A DNA stretch of 51,879 bases, the filler included, from Catajapyx aquilonaris (Eukaryota): the NCBI GenBank assembly GCA_000934665.2. It is 3 parts of 3 records of this genome, joined end to end, with 100 filler letters (N's around TTAATTAATTAA, not from the genome) between each part and the next. Parts side by side here need not be neighbours in the genome. Positions count along the whole stretch, not along the records: positions 1 to 17,236 come from JYFJ02006994.1; positions 17,337 to 34,587 come from JYFJ02006995.1; 1 more part is not named here. The stretch is one strand, 5' to 3'. Made by a program: the position numbers and the translations under genes. The notes under the pieces are model-generated. The model had not been told where the DNA came from and made no database searches. It saw only the letters and a list, made by a program, of their open reading frames with translations. Positions 13,140 to 23,622 of this stretch are shown here, piece after piece (positions within the stretch are counted from its first letter, which is position 1; each line of letters begins with the position of its first letter).

Positions 13140-13760
13140 TCTACTTACAGAAATGGCTACATCCTAGCTCCTAACAGGGTCACTCATGCAGAAAGAAATC
13201 CTAACTTACAGTTGTAGTCAAGTACTCACTAGCACAAACCATACCATTACCTACCAAAGCTCACCAGGTCACATTATCAGTCAATTTAAAAGAACAAGCA
13301 GTCGTCCAAGAAGTGCAGTTGCCAGGCCGGAATCATATTCGCCGATTCCCTACATGCAACCTGCATGATATGGCACGCACAGAAGCAGAAACTTGTGAAT
13401 TATCTTTTTTACAGCATGGTCGCGACCGATATTACATCGATGTCACGTAATTGCTTTGGTGACGTCATCACAATGCAAACTAAACATGTATATGAAGGAT
13501 GTTTTACCTGTTATAAATTAATTGCATTTAAAGTTATAGTTTTATGATCAAATATTGATGGATATAATGTAAAATATTCGGACACTGCTATGGACTACTC
13601 CCCCCATCTGTTGGTTGCCTGTGGAAGCAACTTGACCGCCGACAACGCCATCTACTGTGCACCTTCTACTCGAGAGTTCCAAGATGGCGAGAGAGCAACA
13701 GTTGTCCTGGGTCGTCCCTGGACCCCTGGTGTCTCTCGGCGATGCTTCGGGGTAACTTCG
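13140..13760. promoter_or_regulatory. Candidate promoter region for alpha-mannosidase II, possibly bidirectional
   Basis: Locally CpG-rich; CRE palindrome TGACGTCA at 13460-13467; YY1-like CAAGATGGCG at 13680; several minus-strand donor sites (GTAAGT/GTGAGT) at 13143-13265 that could splice to the 10296 acceptor. Confidence 0.4.
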
Positions 13761-14055
13761 GGGGTTAGTACAGTTTAGAGGATTCTGGGGGCAATTTGGG
13801 ACCTTTCATTACTGAACTGGGTATTCTGCCATGTGGGGGTATCAGTCTTTTTATTTATTTATTTATTTTTTAATTTATTTTTTAATTTATTTTTTAATTT
13901 ATTTTTTAATTCACCTTGCTGAGAAATGTAATAGATTGTGAGTTCAAAGCTGTCGTAGAAATTAATTGTTATGGGCTAGGACAACTATAATAATGTAGAC
14001 CAGCAGTTTCCAAATTTTTTGAGTGTCGCGAAGCACTTTTCAGGTGAACGTAGGG

Positions 14056-14533
14056 CAGGGGTATTCAACTAGTTTATGACAAGGTCCAGTATTTACCTGT
14101 CCTGGGCCATTGAAGGTCCGGACCCCCCACCCCCACCCCGGGTAAAAATATATAGATTTTATATGGTACCACAGGGTTCATATTCGAAACTAGCAACATG
14201 TGCAGCAAGGGTAGAAGGGCCTATCAAGACATGTGGCATATTAAGACATTTTCGCCCTTTATGATGGCCTGCACAGGCGCGTAGGCAGAAGAATTTCGGA
14301 GGGGGGCCCATTTCGTAAGCACAAGGTGAACAAGGCGTAAAGGGCGGGGAATGAGCCCGGCGCAGGCGAAAATTTTTTGGGGTTCAAGGTCACACGAGCT
14401 GTGGGTGATTTGAATGGGTGTGTATTTGATGAAATTGGTAGCACTTTTTCCAAAAAAATCATGAATTAGTAATTTATCATGCTATTTCAAACTGTCCTGT
14501 ATATTGTCGCGATCCGCCAGTTGAATAGCCCTG
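14056..14533. mobile_element. hAT MITE nested in another Charlie-like end starting near 14001
   Basis: TIR CAGGGGTATTCAACT / AGTTGAATAGCCCTG, 8-bp TSD acgtaggg. Confidence 0.85.
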
Positions 14534-15441
14534 ACGTAGGGTATGAATGCCCATTATTTTGGCAGTTTTTACCTAACAAGCAAAGGAAGCAAAGGAAACT
14601 TTAATGAAGCACAACAAAAAAAAACGTATAAATCATGAAATAATGTCGCTACAATATTGCGGTTTTCTAAGAAATAGTGAAGTATTTCTCTTTTACATAC
14701 ACACTCTGCTGTTTAAAATGTATCTAAGGCACTAATACAAATGCTTAGTAGGCCTGCATTACAGTGTTTAATGAGAAAACATACATTTATTTCTAGACCG
14801 AGACAGTCGGATAAACCGAGGAGTCGGACAATGCGAGGTCGGATAATCAGAATCATCAGCTAACCAAGCAGCTATTGTGTGTTTCTAATATGGTTGGGCG
14901 TGAGGCCAGGTGAGAGGGCATATAACCAGCATGGTGATATCTGTAGCAACTTTAAATTCCCTCACATTTGGCAACAACCCTTTTTGAATGTTTCTTGACG
15001 TCCAGGTGTCGCGGTTTAGAGGGTGCCCTACCCTCAATTGAGAGATCATGTACTGCCGTATTGCCACACAAGTGTAGAAATTTGCCCTTACATGGCCCCT
15101 ATTTCCTAACATTCGGGATTTTGGGAATTGTTCTTCAATCATAGTCCAATTTGCTATCGGTGTGCCAAGTTTCGTTTCATCACTCTCACAAGTCTAGAAG
15201 TGCATTAGGTGCCTGGAAACTACCTACAGAGAGACACACTGCCATTTATGTACAAATACTCAAATAGACAATGGGAAAACTTTGCTGTGTCGCCAGAGAG
15301 GTAGGATTTCCCATGTATATTCTTCCAACGGAAATGGGCAGCAATTTAAGGTACTTCAAGGAAAATACAGTGAATTTCGGAATTAATATTGCTGTAAAGG
15401 CAGCTTCAAACCTTACGCACACAGGAATCAGGTCGACAAAT

Positions 15442-15614
15442 CTGCTGTCCCAAGATACTCGTAAAACACCCTAACTGCAAAACTACTAAGGGTGAAAGTC
15501 GCATGCATGCCCTGCCCTAATCCCCCCTGACTCAGAGGGGATTAGTGCTGGGCATGCACACAACCTTCACCCTTACTAGTTTTGCAGTTAGGGTGTTTTA
15601 CATTGGGACGGCAG
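15442..15614. mobile_element. Short palindromic repeat family; relatives at 31991-32104, 32574-32673 and 39395-39505
   Basis: Hairpin with core AGTAAGGGTGAAAGTCGCATGCAT...CTAATCC...GACTCAG...GGATTAG recurring four times in the window. Confidence 0.8.
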
Positions 15615-17236
15615 AAATAGACATGGACGGCCATCGGGTATGAATTAAATCGCACAGGCGGGCCAAATGATGGTGGGGTCCACATATTCATATGAACTTG
15701 CTTCAAACACTCCTATGGTAGTTAACAATACACCTCTGCAAAATCTCCTCATTTCTAATCCTATCCAACTTAGTAACCCCACCAACAGCCCGGAGATAAC
15801 GCATCTCTGTAGCCGACATGCTACTGTTATGCCTATCTGACCAAACCCACTCTTCACTACCATACATAAGTTCTTTAAACCATCAATGTTGGAGTATTTT
15901 CACTTTGCCATGAGAAATGNTAGTCAGGTAAGAATATTGTAACACCAGCAATTAGGTGTGATTTTAGTCAGATATTGCTGAACACCATTCATAGTCCCCC
16001 AGACTTTGTTGCCTTAATTATTTTCTTTGTCGTTTCTAGATGCGTCGTGACGCTTATTCCGCTCGCAGCCGTGCCCTTCTCAGGGGACCTCAGGCTTTCA
16101 TTGGGTGACCAAGACCGAAACTTTGAAAGGTTCTTCTACTTGCACATGGATGTTAATCCATTATAAGTCCTTGTGACTGCACCCTGTTTTGGTCATACCA
16201 TGTACTCACCTAAAATTATGTGATAGTTTTACATGTATGATGCTATTTTAGTCATGACTGGGAAGGATTGAAATATTAAGCATCATTTTTAATTCTATCT
16301 GTTTCACATGAAGCGAATAGATTTATTGACAATGCCTATATAGGTTGGATTTTAAAGTACAAGAGTTTTGCTATTCAGGATTTTAGTACAATGTTGATCT
16401 ACTGAATGGATTGATTGATTGTTTTATACCGATGTTATACGTAATATTGAATGAGGGAATTTTCTAACTGCTTAGGTAATTGTACAGAATGAGGGTCATA
16501 TACAAAAATACTTGCCTGATATGTTGGTATTGTAAGATTTTTGCAATTATGCATGTTGTTAACACTGAGGGCACTCTTCAGTTACTGTCACTGTTATTTT
16601 TTTACCATGTTGCATTAAAATGCTAGCTGCAGTGTTTGATTTCACATTACCTTTTTTATGTACTTTTAACTCCACCTTGAATCACAACCCCACATTTATG
16701 TATGGGAAAAGGCTTATTGTGCAAATGATGTTGACTTGAGCCATGAATAATATTTAACATAGGCAACCTTTCCAAACTTTTTCCATGCATAAAGTGGCAT
16801 TTGATGTCTTACAGCTTGACAGGATGGACTTGTGATCTCCAGTGAAGAAACACCCAGCATGGTAATGGTAAGATACAGTTAAGGAAGGCCCCGTTTCAAG
16901 ACTCTCCACTTATTTATGGCGTTTCACATTAACTACCTTTTCAAAATTACCTTTAAGAAATGAACATTTCAAAATAAATCCGAAAATTAGAAATAAATCT
17001 GAATGAAATGGCCATTGAGTGGACGTGCGAGGGATGATTTATCCTGAATGCCGAGGGTTACCAATCAGCCTCTTTTGTTTGGCGGGATGCTTATATGGCA
17101 GGGGCCAGTGGGTGTATATTGCATTATTATAAACTCTTATCATGTGAGCGGTAAACGGGCGACAATAACGCTTATAAAAGAGGGAGGCATGGTGGTCTGG
17201 TGGTTACACCACTGGCCAGCCAAGCGGGAGGCTGGG

Positions 17237-17336
17237 NNNNNNNNNNNNNNNNNNNNNNNNNNNNNNNNNNNNNNNNNNNNTTAATTAATTAANNNNNNNN
17301 NNNNNNNNNNNNNNNNNNNNNNNNNNNNNNNNNNNN
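17237..17336. other. Assembly gap with artificial TTAATTAATTAA linker
   Basis: 44 N + ttaattaattaa + 44 N. Confidence 0.97.
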
Positions 17337-17793
17337 TTCAACCTGTGAAGGATGATTCCACCAACTAGTGAGGTGCTAACTGCTGCTGGCCCAGCATGCA
17401 ACTGAACTGACATGCTTCATGCCAGGCAGTTCTATTCTCTGTTGTAGGGGAGGAAGCATTCTGCCAGTGCAAAATTTTAGCCAGAAAAGTGGGAGTGTTT
17501 GTTATGGTGTATAGTGGGCTGGAACCACAACAGGGAAGCTGCAGTGCACTTGTTAACACAAAACCCCCACTCCTCGCTGCCACTCCAGATGATTCCACTG
17601 ACCAACCACCTGCTTCCACCCTGACAATTGAAGACAGAATCATCTGAATGAGGTCAAGTCAGTTCAGCTGGAGCAGCAACACTTTAATACACTGCATGTA
17701 CCAGACTGGGTGCTTTTGTACCAGACAGAAAGTAAATGCCGATTAACCCCTTCGCTAATAGATAGGCCTGAACCATGCAGATTTTATCTTAAG

Positions 17794-18595
17794 CGTACTC
17801 CGAAGATACGGACAAGATATTTTACAAGTAATAACAGCTATACTTACCAGATCTGGGAAAACGTGAATGTGTCTGGAACAATTTTACTCGTCTAGAAGTC
17901 CCGGAATTAATTTCCAAGAAAAGGCTATAAAAACTCAAAATTGGAGTACTACCGACCAACTGTTAGGCTGATTTAATTATGAAATGCTTGAAAATATAGC
18001 CAAGAATAACAACCTTGAGAACCATGCCAGAAGAATTTGCTGAAATTGTCGTACTTTACGAGAAATAAATGAATAGTTATTTGCGGCTTGCTGGCACTTT
18101 GAAAAAATCTCACATTTATTTACGTCTCATGAAGTGTCAAAAAGCAGCAAATAAGTATTAATTTATTTCTCTTAACGTACAACAATTCAGCAAATTCGTC
18201 TGGTATTGTTCTCAAGGTTCTGTATATTTCAGAATATTTCATAATTAAATGAGCCTAAAGGCCATTTCACAAAAAAATGTCGCGCAGCAAACGGCGCGAC
18301 TTGCGGCAAATTTTTTATTTATATTTATTGTTGCCAATTGTTGGCAATAATAAATATAAATAAAAAATTTGCCGCAAGTCGCCCCGTTTGTCGCGCGACA
18401 TTTTTTTGTGAAATGGCCTTAACAGTTGGCCAGCAGTACTCCAATTTCGAGTTTTTAAGAGCCTTTTCTTGAAAATTAATTTAGGGACTTCTAGATAAGT
18501 AAAATTGTTCCAGACACATTAATAGTGTTTTCCCTGAACTGGTAAGTATAGCTGTTATTAGCTGTAAAATATTTTGTCCGTATTTTTGAAGTACG
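17794..18595. mobile_element. Long foldback MITE (arms about 300 bp)
   Basis: cgtactccgaagatacggacaa... mirrored by ...ttgtccgtatttttgaagtacg. Confidence 0.85.
18259..18419. mobile_element. PIF/Harbinger (Tourist-like) palindromic MITE nested in the foldback element
   Basis: AGGCCATTTCACAAAAAAATGTCGCGC...GCGCGACATTTTTTTGTGAAATGGCCT with TAA TSD; removing it restores symmetry with the opposite arm. Confidence 0.85.
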
Positions 18596-19399
18596 AGTAA
18601 GGGCAACTCCACATGAAGTGCATCACTTTTTTCACGACAAAATTTGCCCATGGGTGAGTGTGAGATATGTTGTAGTCCAGGTCAAGTTAGGACCTTTCCC
18701 ATAAGGATTTGCTCCGAAGATGCGTGGTTGCCTATCTACAGGCGCTAATTGTACCTTAATCACATTTAGCAGCGTCCCGCTATTACATTTACATGACAAC
18801 GTTAATGCATGATGTAATACATGTTTCATGTGTGAATTTACAAAAAAAATGTTCATTTTCCAACATCTGTGCAAATTAATGCCAAAAAGCGAGATTTTTG
18901 GAGGGAAATGCTACTTTCGAATCAATTCCCAAAGTCAAATGGCATCACATTGATATCAATATACGCCTCATAGTGTCCTCTATCTGTGATGCAAACAGAA
19001 TTATGGGTAACGAAATGGTTACGGAGTTATAGGCACTGACAGGGAGCGCTCCTGGAGTGTCATGCCAGGATAGTGAAAATAATTGGCCCATATCTGCCAG
19101 AACGAATTTTCATTACATGTCTAAATAGTGAATGTTGATTTGGACTTTGACTAGAAAAGTCTAGAGGTATAAATAAACAAATACAGAGTAGGCTACAAGG
19201 AATTTTTATTCTAACTTCATCAACATTTTTTGACATTAACATGGAATATTAATTAAATCTCACTGTACCATTGTAAATACACTAAAATAATGAACTTCAT
19301 AGATTGTTAAAGTTGAATATTTTCATACAATAAGATCCTTCATTCTTCTCATAATAATTGGGAATAAAACAGTGGTACGGTATTGCAATGTTCCAGGCA

Positions 19400-19750
19400 T
19401 TGTGCTTGCTATAGCAAATCTGCTTTTTTGACCTGTTGCTTAAACTGTACAACAAAGAGAGCATCGAAGAAGTGCGATTCAACCAGTGGGAAAGCACAGG
19501 CAGATGTTATCAAACATTACCCACGGGCGAGTTTTTTGAACAGTTCTGCATCAAAATTATTAAACCGAGATCCCACAATTTTATCAGCAGAATGCAGGCA
19601 TCATTTATTGGGGTCTTGAAATAAAATTTGAACAATAATGGACTTATGGCGCAAATCGATATTGCTGAGAATTTGACTGTCGTCGCACAAAATGAAGCAG
19701 TCTTTTCATATGGGAAAAGAACAGATAGTGTTTATTTTTACAATTACCTG
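19400..19750 (+). pseudogene. Decayed DNA transposase fragment, tentatively Sola2-like
   Basis: FNQWESTGR...HNFISRMQASF...LMAQIDIAENLTVVAQNE resembles the QW..TDR / H.F....Q / DFAENY...Q.E motif order I recall for this family; contains a stop codon. Confidence 0.5.
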
Positions 19751-19755
19751 CTGCC

Positions 19756-20030
19756 AGCCGGGCTTGGTGGAAAAGTGGTTAGCGCGCTCACCTCTGGTCC
19801 CAAGGTTGTGGGTTCGAACCCGGCCGAGGTAGGTGACTTTTCTCCGGGTGGTAGAAAAGTGAGAGTGCGCCTTCCTTCGGAGGGGAAGTAAAGCCGTCGG
19901 TCCCATGTGCATGTGACATTGCGCGAGGCACGTTAAAGATCCCCAGAGTGGCCAAATTTCCAGGAGGAGGACCACCCCCTGGCGTCAGTGTTGAGCCTTG
20001 CGGCAGAAATAGGCAGACGTTAAGCCCCAC
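19756..20030 (+). mobile_element. tRNA-derived SINE, family D (Deu/Nin-like core)
   Basis: B box GGTTCGAACCC; core CCTTCGGAGGGGAAGTAAAGCCGTCGGTCCC...GCACGTTAAAGATCCC; tail GACGTTAAGCCCCA. Confidence 0.85.
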
Positions 20031-20131
20031 TGATAAGTCTTACTCCAAACTTGAAGGTAAGTGTACAGGGAGATGTCTGCAAAATTCCAGAGAAAACTGA
20101 GAGCTCAAATTCTGAAACACATATGGTATAT

Positions 20132-20298
20132 ACAGTAAAACCATGATAGAATTCTCTTCAAGGGACAGCCCAAAAGTAGCATCATAAGCAGGATAGCATT
20201 ATTATATGCGGGAAAATTAACCTTATCTAAATGATATTTAAGGGACCGGAAAAGCCGGAAAGCGTTATATGTGGGAGCGTTATATTGAGGATTTACTG
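20132..20298. mobile_element. Small pogo/Tigger-like MITE
   Basis: TA|CAGTAAAACC ... GGATTTACTG|TA. Confidence 0.65.
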
Positions 20299-20868
20299 TA
20301 TTAGATACAAATGGCTGATCCACTCTTTACTGTAATTCCATATTTCACATAATACACTAACAATTTAATGGTAAGATTTCTGGCAACAAGGTTTCATCAG
20401 ATCATGCTACTGATGAAATTAGGTGCAGATACAGAAGAGGTACAGACAGTGTGTTTCTCCCATTCATTTATTGACTTCTTGTCATGCTAAATTGTCTTGA
20501 ATTTGCTCCAAAACACCTTGCATAAGGGTACATAGATGTATTGGACTTTGCAAGCATCCTTATGATGCAGTCAGTATAAACCTGGTGATGTCTCGGTCCC
20601 CAATATTAATATTCACTACTGTGATGTCGAGTATGCCAAGATTATAACTTCTGGTGCTCAGTGGTGGGCAGGGTTCTGTTAATCACTAATCAGCGACTGA
20701 TTAGCGTTTTAGCTAACTTTGTAAACCTTTAGGTTTAGGGGACCAATTAGCTTCCATTAAGTTTAGTTCCGCTAAATGTAAGTCCACTCACAAAATTCAT
20801 ACATGTTCCTGTCTCGAAATGATGGTCCAGCCAAAGTGAATTACATTTTCTGATTGTAAAATGTAACA

Positions 20869-21506
20869 CAGGGTGCCCCACTACTTCCTTTACCCTGCAT
20901 TTATTTAATAACTTTAACACGAATGAAGACATCGCAATGAAATTGTAACTTACCTGACTTTATTATATGTGAGAAAGGAAATGGCATCACAACATGTGCT
21001 GAAATTTATTGTTACAAGCCAGGCCTGACCACAAATCTCCATAAATTGGAAGGTCCTGGCCAGCATGTCCAGAGGCACTCCCTGAATTTCTTGGATGATA
21101 TTTTCTTTCATGGATTTGTTTCGGTACGCATCATATGCCAGCATGGCCAAAATTAAGTCCTTTTCCAGCGACTAATTCATTTCGAAAGGACTTTTGCCAC
21201 TGCATTGGCCCGATCTTACGGCAGGTGATTACTTCTTATGGAGTTATCTGACAGCGCGAGTGTACCGAAACAAACTATGATCCACTGACGCCTTGAAAGA
21301 AAACATTATCCAAGATTCAGGCAGTGCCTCAGAACATGCTCGCCAGGATCTTCCAAAATATGGAGTCGTGTTCAGGCCACACAAATGGTGGCCATTTCCA
21401 GCACATGTTGTGATTCCATTTCCTTTCTCACAGAATAAGGTTAGTTCAGTTCTTTCGTTGGTAAAGTTATTTAAGAAATGCCAGGAGTAAGTTGTGGGCC
21501 ACCCTG
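20869..21506. mobile_element. Tc1/mariner-derived palindromic element made of two inverted 3' ends
   Basis: TIR CAGGGTG(C/G)CCCAC; WPDLTAGDYFLWSYLTARVYRNK...LKENIIQ on the plus strand and YRNK..KENIIQEIQGVPLDML on the minus strand. Confidence 0.8.
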
Positions 21507-21563
21507 TACTTATGTTACAATTAAACTTTTTTGCTTTTTGGATTTGTTTATTACTTTTTACTG

Positions 21564-22578
21564 TATTACCTCACATAAAGCTGCATGCTGGTGTAGCCGA
21601 GGTCGACCAGTATTTATAAATGCACGATCTGGTGGTTATACCGGCATGCCGGTAGGCTATAGGGCGAGGTTTTCACAGAAGTTACATTATCCTTTCCGAA
21701 CTTGACATTTGCCTGAAAATCTAAATATTTCTTTATTTATCCACCCCGTGTTTCGAGCCATGGGCTCGTTTAGGGGGACATCCACTCACTGTGCACTTTT
21801 TAATACATTTGTTTTTTTTTGTTTTTTTTCATAGTATTTTTAACATAGCTGGGCAAGAGTACAGAGTTGTAGTAAGGTAGGATTACAAAAAAAAGGACAT
21901 CACACCAGCAACAATGGTGACCAGCACCTCAGTATTTTGAAGGAAGTTACTAACATCTTCAGTAGTCACAAAAGTTCAGGATCTTTACGGCAGCGAGGAA
22001 AAAAGAATATAGCAGGTACACATCCATTTTTCGGTTATCGACAAATAAATAAAACAACCGGTCGGGAGGGAATTTCAGTAGATTAGATAAGAATATTCTT
22101 CTCGGGGAGTTGAAGAGATGACGTTCATAGATCACATGAAAGATAGAGCGATTTGTGGGCCAATTACACCAATCACATTTTTCTGAATCATTAGTTTAAT
22201 TTCTAACTGATTTTGGAATGAAAATCTAAATATTCACGTAAAGGTCATCGAAAAGGCACATCTTCTGAATGTATTGTTTTCAATTACAGTGTCTGGCAAT
22301 AATCTCTATTTAAAATCAGGCTGATGATGGGATTGGTCACACAATCTACATTTTTTATATGCACTGTGCAACAGCTAGAACTTGCATATTCTCACAGCCC
22401 ATTTTCATCATACAATAATTTCAGTATGGTACTATAGAAGCATTCCATTAAAACATGACAAGGATCAAAATTATGGGAATCTACCTCAGTTATTGCGGCA
22501 TGCTGGCCACCCCCGGGTTATACCGGCATGCTGGCTGACCTCTTTTTATACCAGCATGCCGCTTTATGTGAGGTGATA
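21564..22578. mobile_element. MITE with TIR tattacctcacataaagc; contains a LINE fragment
   Basis: tattacctcacataaagctgcatgctgg ... ccagcatgccgctttatgtgaggtgata. Confidence 0.75.
21732..22245 (-). mobile_element. 5'-truncated LINE 3' fragment (ORF2 C-terminal zinc knuckle, 3' UTR and TAAA tail)
   Basis: Minus strand encodes EKCDWCNWPTNRSIFHVIYERHLFNSPRRIFL, a decayed CCHC-like motif; ends CCCCCTAAACGAGCCCATGGCTCGAAACACGGGGTGGATAAATAA. Confidence 0.7.
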
Positions 22579-22682
22579 CGGTATACGGAACAGGAAATAA
22601 CTAAATAAGGCATATGTACGGAAGCCCGGAAGGGTCACGTCGCACTCTTTAAACTTTGTGCTTAACTCTATACTTTGCGTCG

Positions 22683-23003
22683 TGTGGAGAGACGGAGTGG
22701 CGCCGCGGTAACGTGCGCGCCCACGGATGTTAAGGTCCCGGGTTCGATCCCAGCCCGGGGACACCCCCTTCATCTCGTGCAGAGTTCTGGGGTCGTCTCT
22801 GGCTTCGTCTCGGGTGGTATATCCACAGACTGAACCACCCGGGGGAGTTCACAAAACGACCAAGCACCGTTACTGCACTGCACTTGCACACCCCCTCCTG
22901 TCATCCTGCCCGTGGGCCCGGGCGCTTCGAATATGGCACCATGTATACTTCGATTGAAATAAAGGTCCGTGCAAATACCCTCTGGGTGAGCACTAACCCA
23001 ACA

Positions 23004-23038
<35 letters not shown>
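22683..23038 (+). mobile_element. tRNA-derived SINE, family C
   Basis: B box GGTTCGATCCC, (ATT)n tail, TSD tatactttgcgtcg at 22669-22682 and 23039-23052. Confidence 0.9.
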
Positions 23039-23042
<4 letters not shown>

Positions 23043-23168
23043 CTTTGCGTCGCAAAGTAAGCTTTGCGATGCACTCTATGCTGGGTGGCGCACACTATAC
23101 TCTGTGTCCCACTCTATAAGCTTCGCGCTCTTAACCATTGGAAAGTTAAGAGAACGACACAAAGTTAA

Positions 23169-23622
23169 CCCTTAGCTACGTAGGTGGGCGAAACACCTTT
23201 AACTACGTAGGTGGAGCCTGAGAGGCTCCAACGGTATATTTAAATTTCTGCTTATCAACTAAATTGTTATATTCGCATTTTCACATATTCATTAGGCTTC
23301 CGAAAGCGTAAAAATCACACGCTGAGTCAGCATATTCCGACTGGGAAAATTTTTTAATGAAAAGGTTACATCATGTGTTTGAGCCGCTCAGGCTTCACCT
23401 GAGATATAGAACCTGAGCGGTTCCAGGAGGGACCTGTTCCTCGTTACGAATTTTTTTAAACCAAAGAATAGGGACTAAAAAAAAAATTCTTTCCTTTTCA
23501 TGCTTAGGAAGATTTTTCTGACAAAGTCACAGAAGGACAGAGGAAAATAAAATTCAATGAAAAAGTTACATGCGTTTAAATAGTGCTTGGAGCCTCTCAA
23601 GCTCTACCTACGTAGTTAAGAG
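23169..23622. mobile_element. piggyBac-like MITE
   Basis: TTAA|CCCTTAGCTACGTAGG ... CCTACGTAGTTAAGAG|TTAA. Confidence 0.75.

Noticed and set aside
17281..17292. TTAATTAATTAA palindrome between N runs, repeated at 34632-34643
   Set aside because: Identical 44N-12-44N structure in both gaps; this is an assembly linker with stops in all frames
15900..17400. Box C/D snoRNAs
   Set aside because: Scattered TGATG and CTGA words, but no convincing C-box/D-box pair with terminal stem or recognisable rRNA antisense element
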